A stretch of 21,219 nucleotides of DNA from assembly GCF_000372725.1 (NCBI RefSeq), contig NW_005201176.1:284038-305256 (forward strand). The letters are read 5' to 3'. A program made the translations under genes and the position numbers. The notes under the pieces were generated by a model, which was not told where the DNA came from, did not search any database, and saw nothing but the letters and a program-made list of their open reading frames with translations. The number at the start of each line of letters is the position of its first letter. The stretch's first letter is position 1. Positions 19,125 through 21,219 of the stretch are shown piece by piece. The DNA comes from Emiliania huxleyi CCMP1516 (lineage: Eukaryota).

Positions 19125-19185
19125 AAGCCTCTCTCACAGCACTGGCACGACAAGGCTGGGCGCAGACTGGCGCGGACTGGCACAC
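19125..19185. promoter_or_regulatory. Second copy of the ~60-bp element, starting 16 bp upstream of the epimerase ATG
   Basis: Near-identical to 3710-3768 and in the same orientation. Confidence 0.45.
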
Positions 19186-19235
19186 CAAAAGCGAATGCTC
19201 GCCCGCTTCTCGGCCCTGGATGTGAGGCTAATGAC

Positions 19236-19596
19236 GGTGAACCTTCTTTTCTAGACCGGAAGGATTGAGAGCAGCCTCGCTCTCAATCCTAGAAGTCGAA
19301 GGATTGTGAGCAGCACTCCTCGCAATCGTAGCATCTCTGTGCGATTGCGAGCGCCGGCGCTCGCAATCCTACATCTTCTAGGACTAAGAGCAGCTCTGCT
19401 CCCAAGGTGACTGGTGACGCCTACGACTACTGCCAGAGCGCTCGCAATCCTAGCAAAGTCTAGGATTGCGAGCGCCGGCGCTCGCAATCGCACAGAGATG
19501 CTACGATTGCGAGGAGTGCTGCTCACAATCCTTCGACTTCTAGGATTGAGAGCGAGGCTGCTCTCAATCCTTCCGGTCTAGAAAAGAAGGTTCACC
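19236..19596. mobile_element. 361-bp foldback MITE, Mutator-like
   Basis: Perfect 136-bp TIRs (19236-19371 / 19461-19596) starting GGTGAACC; 9-bp TSD GCTAATGAC (19227-19235, 19597-19605). Confidence 0.95.
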
Positions 19597-20074
19597 GCTA
19601 ATGACTGCACTCCAAGTGCTCCAAGTGCTCGGCTCTACTAACAAGACTCTCTCACATGAATGACAAGTGATCCCACGACCGCGATTGTGGGGACTACATG
19701 ATCCGTACGTGAAGGGTGGTGAAGGGTGGAGGTGCCCGTTTGGTATTGCTAAAAATCTCTCAGAGCTAGGCGGCGCAGACACCCCCCACTGGGGCCGAGG
19801 ACAAGAGGCCGTTTGCCGAAGTTGCTTGTTCTTGACCCAGTTGGCCCGCTTAAAGGGGACTTGAGCCAGTTCCCAGTTCCGCAGTTGATGCGCGTCTAGC
19901 GCGCCTGCTTGTTGATGTTGTCGGCGTCGCCCGCCACCGCCGCCATGGAGATCTGCTGCGTGTGGTGAACGACAATCTGACTGTCACTGTGCGATTTCGG
20001 GGCCCGGGGTTGTGCGTTTAGAGAGATTTGTGTTTTGTTTGTTTTTGCGTTTATGTGCAAAACAAAAACAAAAT

Positions 20075-21219
20075 GAGTCCTTTGAGAGCATTGCTCGCGC
20101 CGACGCCTCGCCCCAGGCGCTCCGCGACCTCGCGTGGCTCCAGGCACAGCTGCCGACCGAGATGGGCGGGTGCAACATCGACACCGCCTTCACGCGAGCC
20201 GACAGCGACTTCTCCATGTCGCTCCTCAAGAAGTGGCGCACCCTCGTCGCCCACAACCCCGACTTCTCGCCCTCGACGAGGGAGGTGCGTCCAAGTACCC
20301 CGCCATCGCCGCAACTATCGCCACCTATGAGTCCGCCCTCTCGGACTGGAAGGAGGTGTGCGAGAAGCGCGCCGCCCGCGACAAAAACAAGTACTAGCTA
20401 CTACACCGTCCGCGGCGGCTACCTGACTGAGTTTTACCCCAAGAGCGCATCCCGCTCCCCGAGCCCGAGTCCCTTCCAGCTACCGACGCGATTCTCAATG
20501 GCACTTGCAAATCCACGTACCCGCGGCCGCGGGCGCTCGCTGCCATCAAGAATCACAAGGACTGGTACGCGCACCAGGAGCTCGTCAAGGCGCGGGATGT
20601 GCACGTCAAGAACAACCCGTCCCTCGGAGACAGCGCCGTCAACAACCGCGAGGCCACGCGCCTCATCTCCGCCTCAACGCCTTTCGCCGGCAAGGCCCTC
20701 GATGTCCGTGTCGACGGTACGTACGCCACCGCCCTCTCCTCCGACACCCTCCAGGAGGAGCTCCAGCGGAAGCTCGGCCTTTGGCTCTCCGCGGCGCTTC
20801 CCACCCTTCGGGTCGCGCTCGAGCGGGGCATGCCTGTCGATTTTTCTTCGGCGACTACCTTTACAACAAGGCCCACCACCGGCGGCCCCACGACGGCGTC
20901 CTCGCCGCCTGGGCGGACGCGATGCGCGCCCCGGCTAACGCGCCGGTCGTGCACGGTGACAAGGAGAAACCGGAGCTCACCCGGCAGTACAATGAGGGGT
21001 ACAAGGTCGACCTCGCAGAACCCCATGCAGGGCCGGGGGGATGCGATGAAGTGAATGAAGTCAAGCTCTGGACGCCCCTCCTCACTCAAGACCTCCTCGA
21101 CGGGCGTTGGCAACGCCTCGAGCGGCGGCACGCCCGCCTCCGTTGGCCAAGCGGAGAAGGCCCGTCGCCTGAACATGGGCTGCAAGGCGCGCGGGCACAG
21201 CCCGGCCAACCCTTCTCCC
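20075..21219 (+). mobile_element. Decayed, 5'-truncated non-LTR retrotransposon (CRE-like; post-RT region plus restriction-like endonuclease)
   Basis: AWLQAQLPTEMGGCNI (cf. QA.LP...GGLG after the RT), REATRLISAS..AGKALD..LQRKLGL, then FGDYLYNKAHHRRPHDGVLAAW...GDKE...YKVDLAE...DEVNEVK (PD..D/ExK-like). Spread over several frames with a stop at 20395-20397. Confidence 0.7.

Noticed and set aside
19780..19946. Possible first exon MAAVAGDADNINKQ on the minus strand
   Set aside because: No convincing downstream exon could be joined.

Overview
This is a eukaryotic, very GC-rich window with one 100-N scaffold gap (10833-10932). GC-AG introns, ATCTCGG/GGAGATA-type intronic minisatellites and the composition suggest a haptophyte such as Emiliania/Gephyrocapsa huxleyi (inference). 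Genes: the 3' end of a CHAT-domain gene with a large insert, a frameshifted BTB pseudogene, a small coiled-coil gene, a PH+WW+Ala-rich gene, a multi-exon gene that appears to fuse a GT61 glycosyltransferase to a bacterial-type GH43-F5/8C-FN3 hydrolase, a sulfotransferase fragment, PP1 inhibitor-3 (Ypi1/PPP1R11) and an NAD-dependent epimerase/atypical SDR. Mobile DNA: a GGCTAGTTCCA-TIR element with a 3-bp TSD, a second end of that family preceded by a ~40-bp-periodic array of palindromic units, a 361-bp foldback MITE with perfect 136-bp TIRs and a 9-bp TSD, several short TSD-flanked retroposon-like 3' tails, and a decayed CRE-like non-LTR retrotransposon. The main highlights are (i) introns whose 5' end is a ~20-27-nt copy of the next exon's start, a possible introner-like mechanism with long duplications; (ii) the GT61-GH43 fusion; and (iii) the dual-spacer 40-bp arrays. 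All exon models are hand-derived and unverified by transcripts.
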